From Squalus acanthias (lineage: Eukaryota), in contig CM059431.1 in the NCBI GenBank assembly GCA_030390025.1, positions 159,714,001-159,778,000 on the forward strand: a DNA stretch of 64,000 bases. Direction: 5' to 3'. Of this stretch, positions 51,615-61,607 are shown one piece after another. The translations under genes were made by a program, and so were the position numbers. The notes below the pieces were generated by a model. The model ran no database searches. It saw nothing but the letters and a program-made list of their open reading frames with translations, and had not been told where the DNA came from. Positions within the stretch are counted from its first letter, which is position 1. Every line of letters starts with the position of its first letter.

Positions 51615-52776
51615 CAACGGACGCTGAAAAACGCCCTCATAAGAACGGGATATGATGCTCGACACATCGATCGACAGTTCCGACGGGCCACAGCGAAAAA
51701 TCGCATAGACCTCCTCAGAAGGCAAACACGGGACACAACCAACAGGGTACCCTACGTCGTCCAGTACTTCCCCGGAGCGGAGAAACTACGCCATGTTCTT
51801 CGCAGCCTCCATCATGTCATCGATGACGACGAACAACTCGCTAAGGCCATCCCCACGCCTCCACTACTTGCCTTCAAACAGCCGCCTAACCTCAGAAGTA
51901 CCATCGTTCGCAGCAAATTACCCAGCTTTCAGGATAACAGCGACCACGACACCACACAACCCTGCCACGGCAACCTCTGCAAGACATGCCAGATCATCAA
52001 CACAGATACCATCATCACACGTGAGGACACTACCCACCAGGTACATGGTACATACTCATGTGACTCGACAACGTTGTCTACCTCATACGTTGCAGGAAAG
52101 AATGCACCACGGCATGGTACATCGGCGAGACCATGCAGACACTGAGACAACGTATGAACGGACACCGCACAACAATCACCAGGCAGGAGTGTTCCCTCCC
52201 AGTCGGGGAACACTTCAGCAGTCAAGGACATTCAGCCTCGGATCTGCGGGTCAGCGTTCTCCAAGGCGGCCTTAGAAACACACGACAACGCAAAATCATC
52301 GAGCAGAAACTGATAGCCAAGTTCCGCACTCATGAGGACGGCCTCAACCGGGATCTTGGGTTTATGTCACGATACATGACGTGATCCAGACTCGAGTCGT
52401 CGTTGGCTTGTTAACAGATGTGATTCCCAGTAAAAAAGTAAATTTTTTTAAAGTTTATCGTTTCCCATACTGCGGCTTTTGACACATTGGACCCCCTGTG
52501 GCTCCACCTCATTGTCTCAGTTGTATCTTGCTATCTCTTTGATGTGGTACTTTCCTGGCTGACCTGATTGCCTTTTGTCACACCTCGGCAGATAAACTTT
52601 CAGAATGATTTAAATGTAGTCGTCTGCTTTTGTAAGTAACACATGCATTGTTCTCTATCTATATATGCTTTGCGATTCTGTATCTCTTTACTTCACCTGA
52701 GGAAGGGGCCACGTAAGCTCCGAAAGCTTGTGATTTCAAATAAAACTGTTGGACTATAACCTGGTGTTGTGCGACT
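51615..52776 (+). mobile_element. 5'-truncated Penelope-like retroelement (GIY-YIG endonuclease end plus 3' UTR)
   Basis: ORFs 51609..52145 and 52133..52384 join through a frameshift near 52070 to give PC....CKTC...YSCDS.NVVYLIRC..C...YIGETMQTLRQRMNGH...E..LI..F.T...GLN. The 3' UTR contains a hammerhead motif and AATAAA. Confidence 0.92.
52693..52733 (+). ncRNA. Minimal hammerhead ribozyme motif, copy 4 (in PLE 3' UTR)
   Basis: TCAC-CTGAGGA-A-GGGGC-CACGTAA-GCTCC-GAAA-GCT-T-GTGA. Confidence 0.75.
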
Positions 52777-55700
52777 TCACATATAGAGTAAGTGTAGGGA
52801 ACCACTAGTACTGGAGGAGCACGGTCACATATAGAGTAAGTGTAGGGAACCACTAGTACTGGAGGAACATGTTCACATGTAGAGTAAGTGCAGGAAACCA
52901 TTCGTACTGGAGGAGCACGGTCACATACAGTGTAAGTGTAGGGAACGACTAATACTGGAGGAGCATGGTCACATGTAGAGTAAGTGTAGGGAAACAATAC
53001 TACTAGAGGAGCTGGTCACATATTGTGTAAGTGTAGGGAACTACTAGTACTGGAGGAGCAATTTCACATCTAGTGTAAGTGTAGGGAACCACTAGTACTG
53101 GAGGAACATGTTCACATGTAGAGTAAGTGTACGGAAACAATACTACTAGAGGAGCTGGTCACATATAGTGTAAGTGTAGGGAACCATTAGTACTGGAGGA
53201 GCATGCTCACATATAGTGTAATTGTAAGGAACCATTAGTACTGGAGGAGCACGGTCACATATAGTGAAAGTGTAGGGAACCATTCGTACTGGAGGAGCAT
53301 TGTCACATATAGAGTAAGTGCAGGAAACCATTCGTACTGGAGGAGCATTGTCACATATAGAGTAAGTGCAGGAAACCATTCGTACTGGAGGAGCATTGTC
53401 ACATATAGAGTAAGTGCAGGAAACCATTCGTACTGGAGGAGCACGGTCACATTTAGTGTGAGTTTAGGGGAACCACATGTATTGGAGGTGCATGGTCACA
53501 TATAGAGTAAGTGTAGGGAACCACTAGTACTGGAGGAGCTGGTCACATATAGTGTAAGTGTAGGGAACCATTAGTCCTGGAGGACATAGTAACATATAGT
53601 GTCAGTGTAGGGAACCATTAGTACTGGAGGAGCATTGTCACATATAGAGTAAGTGTAGGGAACCACTAGTACTGGAAGAGCAGGATCACATATAGTGTAA
53701 GTGTAGGGAACCATTAGTACTGGAGGCGCATGGTCACATCTAGTGTAAGTTTAGGGAATCACTAGTACTGAAGGAGCTGGTCACATATAGAGTAAGTTTA
53801 GGGAATCACTAGTACTGAAGGAGCTGGTCACATATAGAGTAAGTTTAGGGAACCACTAGTACTGGAAGAGCATGGTCTCATATAGAGTAAGTGAAGGGAT
53901 CCAATAGTACTGGAAGAGCATGGTCTCATATACAGTAAGTGTAGGGAACCATTAGTACTGGAGGTGCGTTATCACAAATAGAGTAAGTGTAGGGAACCAC
54001 TGGTACTGCAGTAGCACGGTCACAAATAGAGTAACTGTAGGGCACCACTTTTACTGGAGGAGCTGGTCACATATAGTGTAAGTGTGGGGTGCCACCAGTA
54101 CTGGAGGAGCACGGTTACATATAGTGTAAGTGTAGGGAACAATTAGTAATGGAGGAGCAGGGTCACATATTGTGTAAGTGTAGGGAACCACTAGTACTGG
54201 AGGAACATGTTCACATATAGAGTAAGTGTAGGGAAATAATACTACTAGAGGAGCTGGTCACATATAGTGTAAGTGTAGGGAACCATTAGTACTGGAGGAA
54301 CATGTTCACATGTAGAGTAAGTGTAGGGAAATAATACTACTAGAGGAGCTGGTCACATATAGTGTAAGTGTAGGGAACCATTAGTACTGGAGGAGCAATT
54401 TCACATATAGTGTAAGTGTAGGGAAGCATTATTACTGGAGGAGCACGGTCACATATTCAGTAAGTGTAGCGAACCACTAGTAATGGAGGAGCACGGTCAC
54501 ATATAGTGTAAGTGTGGGGAACCACTAGTGCTGGAGGAGCACGGTCACATATAGTGTAAGTGAATGGAAACATTAGTACTAGAAGAGCAGGTTCACATTT
54601 AATTTAAGTGTAGCGAACCACTAGTACTGGAGGAGCATGTTCTCGCATAGTGAAAGTGTAGGGAACCATTAGTACTAGAGAAGCATTGTCACATATCGAG
54701 TAAGTTTAGCGGAACCACCTGCACTGGAGGAGCATGATCACATATAGTGTAAGTGTAGGGAACAAATAGTACTGGAGGAGCTGGTCTCATGTCGAATAAG
54801 TGTAGGGAACCACTAGTACTGGAGGAGCTGGTCACATACAGTGTAAGTCTAGGGAACCATTAGTACTGGAGGACATGGTAGAATATAGTGTCAGTGTAGG
54901 GAACCACAAGCACTGGAAGAGCAGGATCACATATAGTGTAAGTGTAGGGAACCACTAGTACTGGAGGAGCATGGTCACTTATAGTGTAAGTGTAGGGAAT
55001 CACTGGTACTGGGGGGCATGCTCACATACAGTGTAAGTGTAGGGAAAAACAAGCAATGGAGGAGCACGGTCACATATAGTGTAAGTGTAGGGAAAAACAA
55101 GTAATGGAGGAGCACGGTCACATATAGTGTAAGTGTGGGGAACCAGTAGTACTGCAGGAGCACGGTAACATATAGTGTAAGTGCATGGAACCATTAGTAC
55201 TGGAAGAGCAGGTTCACATTTAATTTAAGTGTAGGGAACCGCTAGTACAGGACGAGCATGGTCACATATAGTGTTAGTGTGGGGAACCACTAGTACTGGA
55301 GGAGCATGTTCTCACATAGTGAAAGTGCAGGGAACCATTAGTACTAGAGGAGCATTTCACATATCGAGTAAGTGTAGGGAACCACTAGTACTGGAGGAGC
55401 ATGGACACATATAGAGTAAGTGTAGGGAACCTTTCGTACTGGAGGAGCACGGTCACATATAGAGTAAGTGGCTGGAACCATTAGTACTGGAGGAGCATGA
55501 TCACATATAGAGTAAGTGTAGGGAACAAATAGTACAGGAGCAGCTGGTCACATATAGTTTAAGTGTAGGGAACCACTAGTACTGGAAAAGCAGGATCACA
55601 TATAGTGTAAGTGTAGGGAACCACTAGTACTGGTGGAGCATGGTCACATGTAGAGTAAGTGTAGGGAACCACTAGTACTGGAAGACATGGTAACATATAT

Positions 55701-55848
55701 TGTCAGTGTAGGGAACCACTAATACTGGAGGAGGACGGTCACATATAGAGTAAGTTTAGGGAACCACTAGTACTGGAGGAGCATGGTCATATATAGTGTA
55801 AGTGTAGGGAACCACTAGTAATGGAGGAGCACGGTAACATACAGTGTA

Positions 55849-55963
55849 TGATGTGGAGATGCCGGCGTTGGACTGGGGTGGACAAAAATGAGAAGTCGCA
55901 CAACACCAGGTTATTAAATAAATCTGTTGGACTATAACCTGGTGTTGTGCGACTTCTCATTTT
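55849..55963. mobile_element. 115-bp fold-back PLE terminal insert
   Basis: 11-bp TSD CATACAGTGTA (55838-55848 and 55964-55974), with the same monomer variant on both sides. Perfect 30-bp inverted repeat at 55885-55914 and 55934-55963. Confidence 0.88.
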
Positions 55964-56967
55964 CATACAGTGTAAGTATACGGAACCACTAGTACTGGAG
56001 GAGCACGGTCACATATAGAGTAAGTGTAGGGAACCACTAGTACTGGTGGAGCACGGTCACATATAGAGTAAGTGTAGGGAACCATTAGTACTGGAGGAGC
56101 ACGGTCACATATAGTGTGAATGTAGGGATCCACTAGTACTGGGGGGGTTTGGTCACATATTGAGCAAGTGTAGGGAACCACTAGTACTGGAGGAGCACGG
56201 TCACAGATAGAGTAAGTGTAGGGAACCATTAGTACTGGAGGAGCACGGTCACATATTGTGTAAGTGTAGGGAACCATTAGTACTGGAGGAGCATTATAAC
56301 AAATAGAGTAAGTGTATGGAACCACTAGTAATGGAGGTGCACGGTCACATATTGTGTAAGTGTGGGGAACCATTAGTACAGGAGGAGCTGGTCAGATATA
56401 GTATAAGTGTAGGGAACCACTTTACTGGAGGAGCACGGTCACACATAGAGTAAGTGTAGGGAACCATTAGTACTGGAAGACATGGTAACATATATTGTCA
56501 GTGTAGGGAACCACTAGTACTGGAGGAGCTTGGTCACATATAGAGTAAGTGTAGGGAACCACTAGTAATGGAGGAGCATGGTCACATATAGAGTAAGTGT
56601 AGGGAACCACTAGTACTGGAGGAGCACGGTCTCATATAGAGTAAGTGTAGGGAACCACTAGTACTGGAGGAGCACGGTCTCATATAGAGTAAGTGTAGGG
56701 AACCATAAGTACTGGAGGAGCACGGCCACATATAGTGTAAGTGTAGGGAACTACTAGTACAGGAGGAGCACGGTCACATATAGTGTAAGTGTAGGGAACC
56801 ACTAGTACTAGAGGAGCAATTTTGAAGAATTTTTTTTTGATTTTTTTTTAAACTGTCCAGTAACCATTTCACTAATTTTCTCAAATGAAAGTGTCAGACA
56901 AAATGCAACTTAACTGATTCTATTTGTTAAATGACTGTAACTAATGCTAATGATGTTGTAACCTGAC

Positions 56968-57000
56968 TGACTCACTGGAGGATTGATGTGAGTATAAATA
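56968..57000 (+). promoter_or_regulatory. Candidate GPCR promoter: AP-1 site and TATA box
   Basis: TGACTCA at 56968-56974 and TATAAATA at 56993-57000, about 80 bp upstream of the ATG at 57080. Confidence 0.55.
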
Positions 57001-57079
57001 TAGGTTCCCTTTCTTCTCCTCTGCCGTGCGCTGGTCAGAGTCTGTCATCTCCGACAGAATTCTCGCATTCTCACGGAAA

Positions 57080-57149
57080 ATGAGCCGACCAATTATTCTG
57101 CAGATAAAGGAGATTTACTACCCGATTCTCGCGGCGGTCGGTGTCCCGG
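57080..57149 (+). CDS. GPR139-like class A GPCR, coding exon 1
   Basis: Translates as MSRPIILQIKEIYYPILAAVGVP (start of TM1), followed by a phase-1 donor G|GTGAG at 57150. Not present in the ORF track. Confidence 0.9.
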
Positions 57150-57339
57150 GTGAGCCATTGTGACCTGTTTGTTGTTAATAGGTGTTAACTGTCTCCCTTT
57201 TCACACAGCCTGTTGGATAAGGTAACGAGTTTCCCCGGATGTCAGCATTATATAGTCGGCATTTACGGGAAAAATATGGGGAACCGCGTGTCCTCACTCC
57301 CCCCTTCCCTTTAATCATATAAACTCACTGATGTGACAA

Positions 57340-58079
57340 TGGGCAAAAAATTCGGCCCTTCCCTTGTGAGCCCGCGTTCTGTACTCACCCGTATTGCTTC
57401 CCGAAGTGCCGGTTACCTGCATGCACTGCGCATGCGCGGGAAGCACTACTTCCGGAATGGTGAAGGGGGCGGTTCCTAGGTGAACCGAGTGCGCGCTAGA
57501 GGCTGCGCGCATGCAGCACACTTAGATTATTTTTCAGGTTTCTACGCGGTGTAAGTATTGAAGAAACTACACCAATGAAAAGGAGGCGCAAGACCCGTTT
57601 TGAACAAGGTAAGTGGTTAATTAAGTATCATTTTAATTTTTTTTCAACAGGTTTATCTTTTTTAGATACCTTAAAGAAAGGTAAGTTTATTTTTATCACT
57701 CTTAAAAAGTATTTAAATTTTTTCAAAAATTTTAATTTTTGTTTAAAGCGGTGAATTTATTTAACTATAGTTATTTTATAAATGTGATGGTTTTTTTAAA
57801 TTCATTTTAAATTTAGCTGTTCTTTTGGGGCCGATTTCAATTTCAAATCTATGAATGAAAGATGGTCTGCTGCCATTGGCTCTCCATAACCCACGTGATC
57901 CCAGGGGACGCATCGCACTAACTGCGCCCCTGGAACACACAAGCACTGCGCGCCGGCAGTTGGGAGAGGCCCAGGACCCGAAGTTCCCGTGGGCCCAAAA
58001 CACAACGGCAGGCATGGTAGGTAAGAGCGCGCGCAATCCTTACCCCCGTGGCATGCCGGAGAGGCGAATTTCTGGGCCA
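57340..58079. mobile_element. Non-autonomous TIR element (740 bp), copy 2, in the GPCR intron
   Basis: Imperfect TIRs TGGGCAAAAAATTCG...CGAATTTCTGGGCCA. Internal blocks are reverse-complement homologs of 36164-36905 (for example 57455-57523 versus 36720-36788). Confidence 0.82.
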
Positions 58080-58315
58080 ATGTTCTTTTTAGCGAATTTT
58101 CGGACCGTGTGTCACCCCGTGCAGAGGGAGCGCTGCAGCAACTCATTACAATGTGTGGGTGGGTTTCCCAGGTAATGCTCCAATACTATTCCTGTTCTCA
58201 CACTGCTCCGTGTTGAAAATCACACTGACTGGAGTAAAATGTTCTCAACAGGGATCTCCATATATATTTGAATCAGACGCTGGAACATTATTTCTCTCCT
58301 CTCTCTTTCTTACAG

Positions 58316-59235
58316 CGAACTTGGTGACAATTGTGATTCTCTCCCGAGGAAACTGCGGCCTTTCCAAGTGTATCTCTGTCTACATGGTGGCCATGGCAGC
58401 AGCGGATCAACTGGTCATGATCATCAATGTACTGGTGTATTATATTTTCACTCATCATTTCCCACTTTCCTTCCTGTCCCACACTCCGGTGTGTCGGGCA
58501 ATTCTATACCTGACTGCTGTGGCCCTCCATTTGTCGGTCTGGTTCACCGTCTCCTTCACATTTGACCGATTTGTAGCTCTCTGCTACCAGAAGTTTAAAA
58601 CAAAGTATTGCACTGCCAGAACAGCGACCGCGGTTATAACAACGCTCTCTGTTTTTTTCTTTGTGACGGACATCCCCGTTTTGTTTGTATATGAAGCTGA
58701 ACGAATGATCGACAACGTGCAGTGGGGCTGTCGGAACAGTGTGGCTTCTTTATCCTTACCCGTGGCAATACCCTACTCCTGGTTCTACAGCATCTGGCTC
58801 GTTTGGCTTCCTTTCGCTTTAATCGCCTTGTTTAATTCTTTGATAATCAGGCGGATTTTAGTGGCCAATAGAGCGCGCAGGGGACTCCGGGATCGCAGCA
58901 GGGAGGTTCAGAATGATCCGGAGATGGAGAACCGAAGGAAATCCATCATCTTGCTCTTCACTATATCGGGCAGTTTTATAGTGCTGTGGCTGACAACTGC
59001 CGTGACTTTCTTAACCACCAGAATGACAAACCCCACTTATTATCGAGGCGAATTCACAAACCCAGCCTATATCGCCACTGAGACCGGAGCCATGCTGAAG
59101 TATTTGAATTCCTCTCCAAACACGTGTATTTATGCAGCGACCCAGAAGAAGTTCAGAGAAGAGCTGAAGAAGGTGGTGAAATCTCCCTGGACACTGATTC
59201 TGAGATTGGTTAAAAATGAAAGAAACACGAACTAG
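58316..59235 (+). CDS. GPR139-like class A GPCR, coding exon 2 (spliced product 329 aa)
   Basis: Polypyrimidine tract and TACAG acceptor ending at 58315; G|CG restores Ala in frame. Motifs NLVTIVILSRGNCGLS, AAAD, TM3 Cys, FTFDRFVA, ECL2 Cys, DPEMENRRKSIILLF and NTCIY...KFR. No stops; 70+920 nt = 330 codons. Confidence 0.93.
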
Positions 59236-59319
59236 AGCTTCGGTTGGGACATTAGAATTCAGTTATTGCCCCTGTTCCAGCTCAGATTGGGTTTCGCTGT
59301 CCTTACAGTTACATCAGTT

Positions 59320-60125
59320 TGGTTCACCCATCACTCCTGTGCTCGCTGACATAAGAACATAAGAACATAAGAAATAGGAGCAGGAGTAGGCCATTTGTCC
59401 CTTCGAGCCTGCTCCGCCATTCAATAAGATCATGGCTGATCTTTTACCTCATCTCCACTTTCCTGCACTATCCTCATATCCCTTGATTCCCTTAATATAC
59501 AAAAATCTATCGATCTCCGTCTTGAATATACTCAACGACTGATCCTCCACAGACCTCTGGGGTAGAGAATTCCAAAGATTCACACCATCTGAGTGAAGAA
59601 ATTTCTCCTCATCTCAGTCCGAAATGGCCGACCCCTTATTCTGAGACTGTGACCCCCTGGTTCTAGACTCTCCAGCCAGGGGAACCATCCTCCCTGCATC
59701 TACTCTGTCAAGCCCTGTAAGAATTTGGTATGTTTCAATGAGATCACCTTTCATAATTCTAAACTCTAGAGAATATATGCCTAGCCTACTGAAACTGTCC
59801 TCATAGGACAATTCCCCCATCCCAGGAACCAGTCTGGTGAACCTTCGTTGCATTCCCTCTGTGGCAAGTATATCCTTCCTGAGGTAAGGAGAATAGAACT
59901 GTACACAATACTCCAGGTGTGGTCTCACCAGGGCCCTATATAACTGCAGTAAGACGTCTTTATTCTTGTACTCTAATCCTCTTGTAATAAAGGCCTACAT
60001 TCTCTCCAGGTTAAGCAACGCCTCGATTTCAAAATTATCATCCTTGTTTGCACATGTTTCTATGGCCTCGCCCCTCACCATCTCTGTAATCGCCACCAGC
60101 CCCACAACCCTCCGAGATATCAGCT
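59320..60125 (+). mobile_element. L2-type LINE ORF2 C-terminal fragment, split by a CR1
   Basis: Reads SPITPVLAD|LHSLQVKQRLDFK...GLAP across the CR1 insertion, the typical L2 HITPVL..LHWLP region. Confidence 0.65.
59351..59995 (-). mobile_element. 5'-truncated CR1 LINE
   Basis: (ATAAGAAC)n tail and ORF 59614..59928 with RPHLEYCVQF...RRFTRLVPG. Confidence 0.92.
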
Positions 60126-60785
60126 GTTTGAATATCATAGTGCGAGGACTGTAATTCAATTCTGCCATGTAATTGACAGGAAAAATCCAACAGTTTTACA
60201 GAAAGATTCAAGGGTTATCAATGCAAGAGGTCAGGACTCCGTCTTTGGCTGTAGCTCAAAATCACGTCGCTGCCTGATATTTGCACCGCGCAATATTCAG
60301 TTCTATTGCAGTCAATGGTACGGATTATCGGAGGGAACATATAACAGGCGACCGACGGCCGCCTCTTTCCAGCGGAATCTGCCATTTGTTCCACTTAGCG
60401 TTTGAAGATTCTAAAGGGATCTTTACCTCCGCCGGAATTAAACACATGTTACGTTATATTAAAGAAAAGAAAATCAATGCTCAGCGCTGATGTCCAGCAG
60501 CACTAATGCCCGCGAAAAATAATAAAAGGTACACATAAATATTAGCGAGTTATTTGTTATCACTTTTGAACTGCGAGACTCACATAAAACTGCTGTGAAC
60601 GCAAGGTTCAAGGAGTGAAAGATGGACGAGCTCCTGAATATAATTGGGGGCACGTCGACTGAATGTTGCACCCATTAGATGTTAGTGTCAGAAATGATGA
60701 CGTAGCAGATTCACTTCTGTAATACCCCCACCCCATGTCATCAATAAACCCCTACTTCAGACTGTGGCGCTGTCTGCGAACGTGA

Positions 60786-61300
60786 GAACATAAGAACATA
60801 AGACGTCGGAGCAGGAGTCGGTCTTTTGACCCCTCGAACCTGCCCCGCCATTTAATGAGATCATGGCTGATCTGATCTTGGCCTCAACTCCACTTCCCTG
60901 CCCGCTCCCCCTAACCCTTGACTCCATTACCATTCAAAAATCTGTCTATCTCCACCTTAAATATATTCAATGACCCAACCTCCACAGCTCTCTGGGGAAG
61001 AGAATTCCAAAGATTCACGACCCGTTGAGAGAAGAAATTCCTCCTCATTTCCTATTTAAATGGGTGCCCATTATTCTGAAATTATGCCCCCTAGTTCTAG
61101 ATTCCCCCTCGAGGGGAAACATCCTCTCTGCATCTACCGTGTCAAGCCCCTTCAGAATCTTATATGTTTCATTAAGATCCCCTCTCATTCTTCTAAAGTC
61201 CAATGAGAATAGGCCCAACCTGCTCAACTTTTCTTCAGAAGACAACCCCTTCATCTCCGGAATCAGCCTCGTGAACCTTCTCTGAACTGCCGCCAATGCA
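60786..61300 (-). mobile_element. 5'-truncated CR1 LINE
   Basis: AGAACATAAGAACATAAG tail and ORF 61045..61296 with AVQRRFTRLIP. Confidence 0.92.
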
Positions 61301-61607
61301 CGAGAGGCCGCGGTTTGATTGACTTAGAGCAGGAAATGCTGCTGCCGATCAGTGTCTGTGTCAGAATGCTCCGGCTCTCTCAGTGATGACCTGATGTCAA
61401 TTTCCCCAGTCCCGTAATTCCGCCGGCCCACCAGTTTAGGGGAGTAATACCGAACACCAAGTCCGTCAGCCCCACGATATCAGTTCCATTTACAACTCGT
61501 CAAGCAAAGAACACAGAAGAATTGGAACAACTGTCACTGGGCAAAGCAAATGGGACATTAAGTCTACTCAGAGCAACATCCATGTGCAGTCATGCCTGAA
61601 GTACCAT

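Larger units (their letters stand above)
40331..56818. repeat. Satellite E: 48-bp tandem repeat (about 220 copies) with five retroelement insertions
   Basis: Consensus CTAGTACTGGAGGAGCACGGTCACATATAGTGTAAGTGTAGGGAACCA. It produces the VVPYTYTICDRAPPVL pseudo-ORFs. Confidence 0.97.

Noticed and set aside
20621..56373. Dozens of minus-strand ORFs with VVPYT repeats as protein-coding genes
   Set aside because: They are translations of 39- and 48-bp satellite units, fragmented by random stops and indels, with no splice or promoter context.
40619..56373. PYTYTICDRA resembling the C2H2 zinc-finger PYxCxxC motif
   Set aside because: The period is 16 aa rather than 28, and the first Cys, the HxxxH pair and the TGEKP linker are missing.
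7240..56818. CRISPR-like repeat array
   Set aside because: The monomers are head-to-tail with no unique spacers, no cas genes are present, and the context is vertebrate-like.
58153..58315. ORF-track N-terminus of the 360-aa GPCR (MWVGFPGN...)
   Set aside because: It begins at a non-ATG codon and is intron read-through. The real N-terminus is exon 1 at 57080-57149, with canonical splice sites.
60130..60780. Possible additional element or exon downstream of the GPCR
   Set aside because: I could not establish terminal repeats, a TSD or protein motifs by eye, so it is left unassigned.
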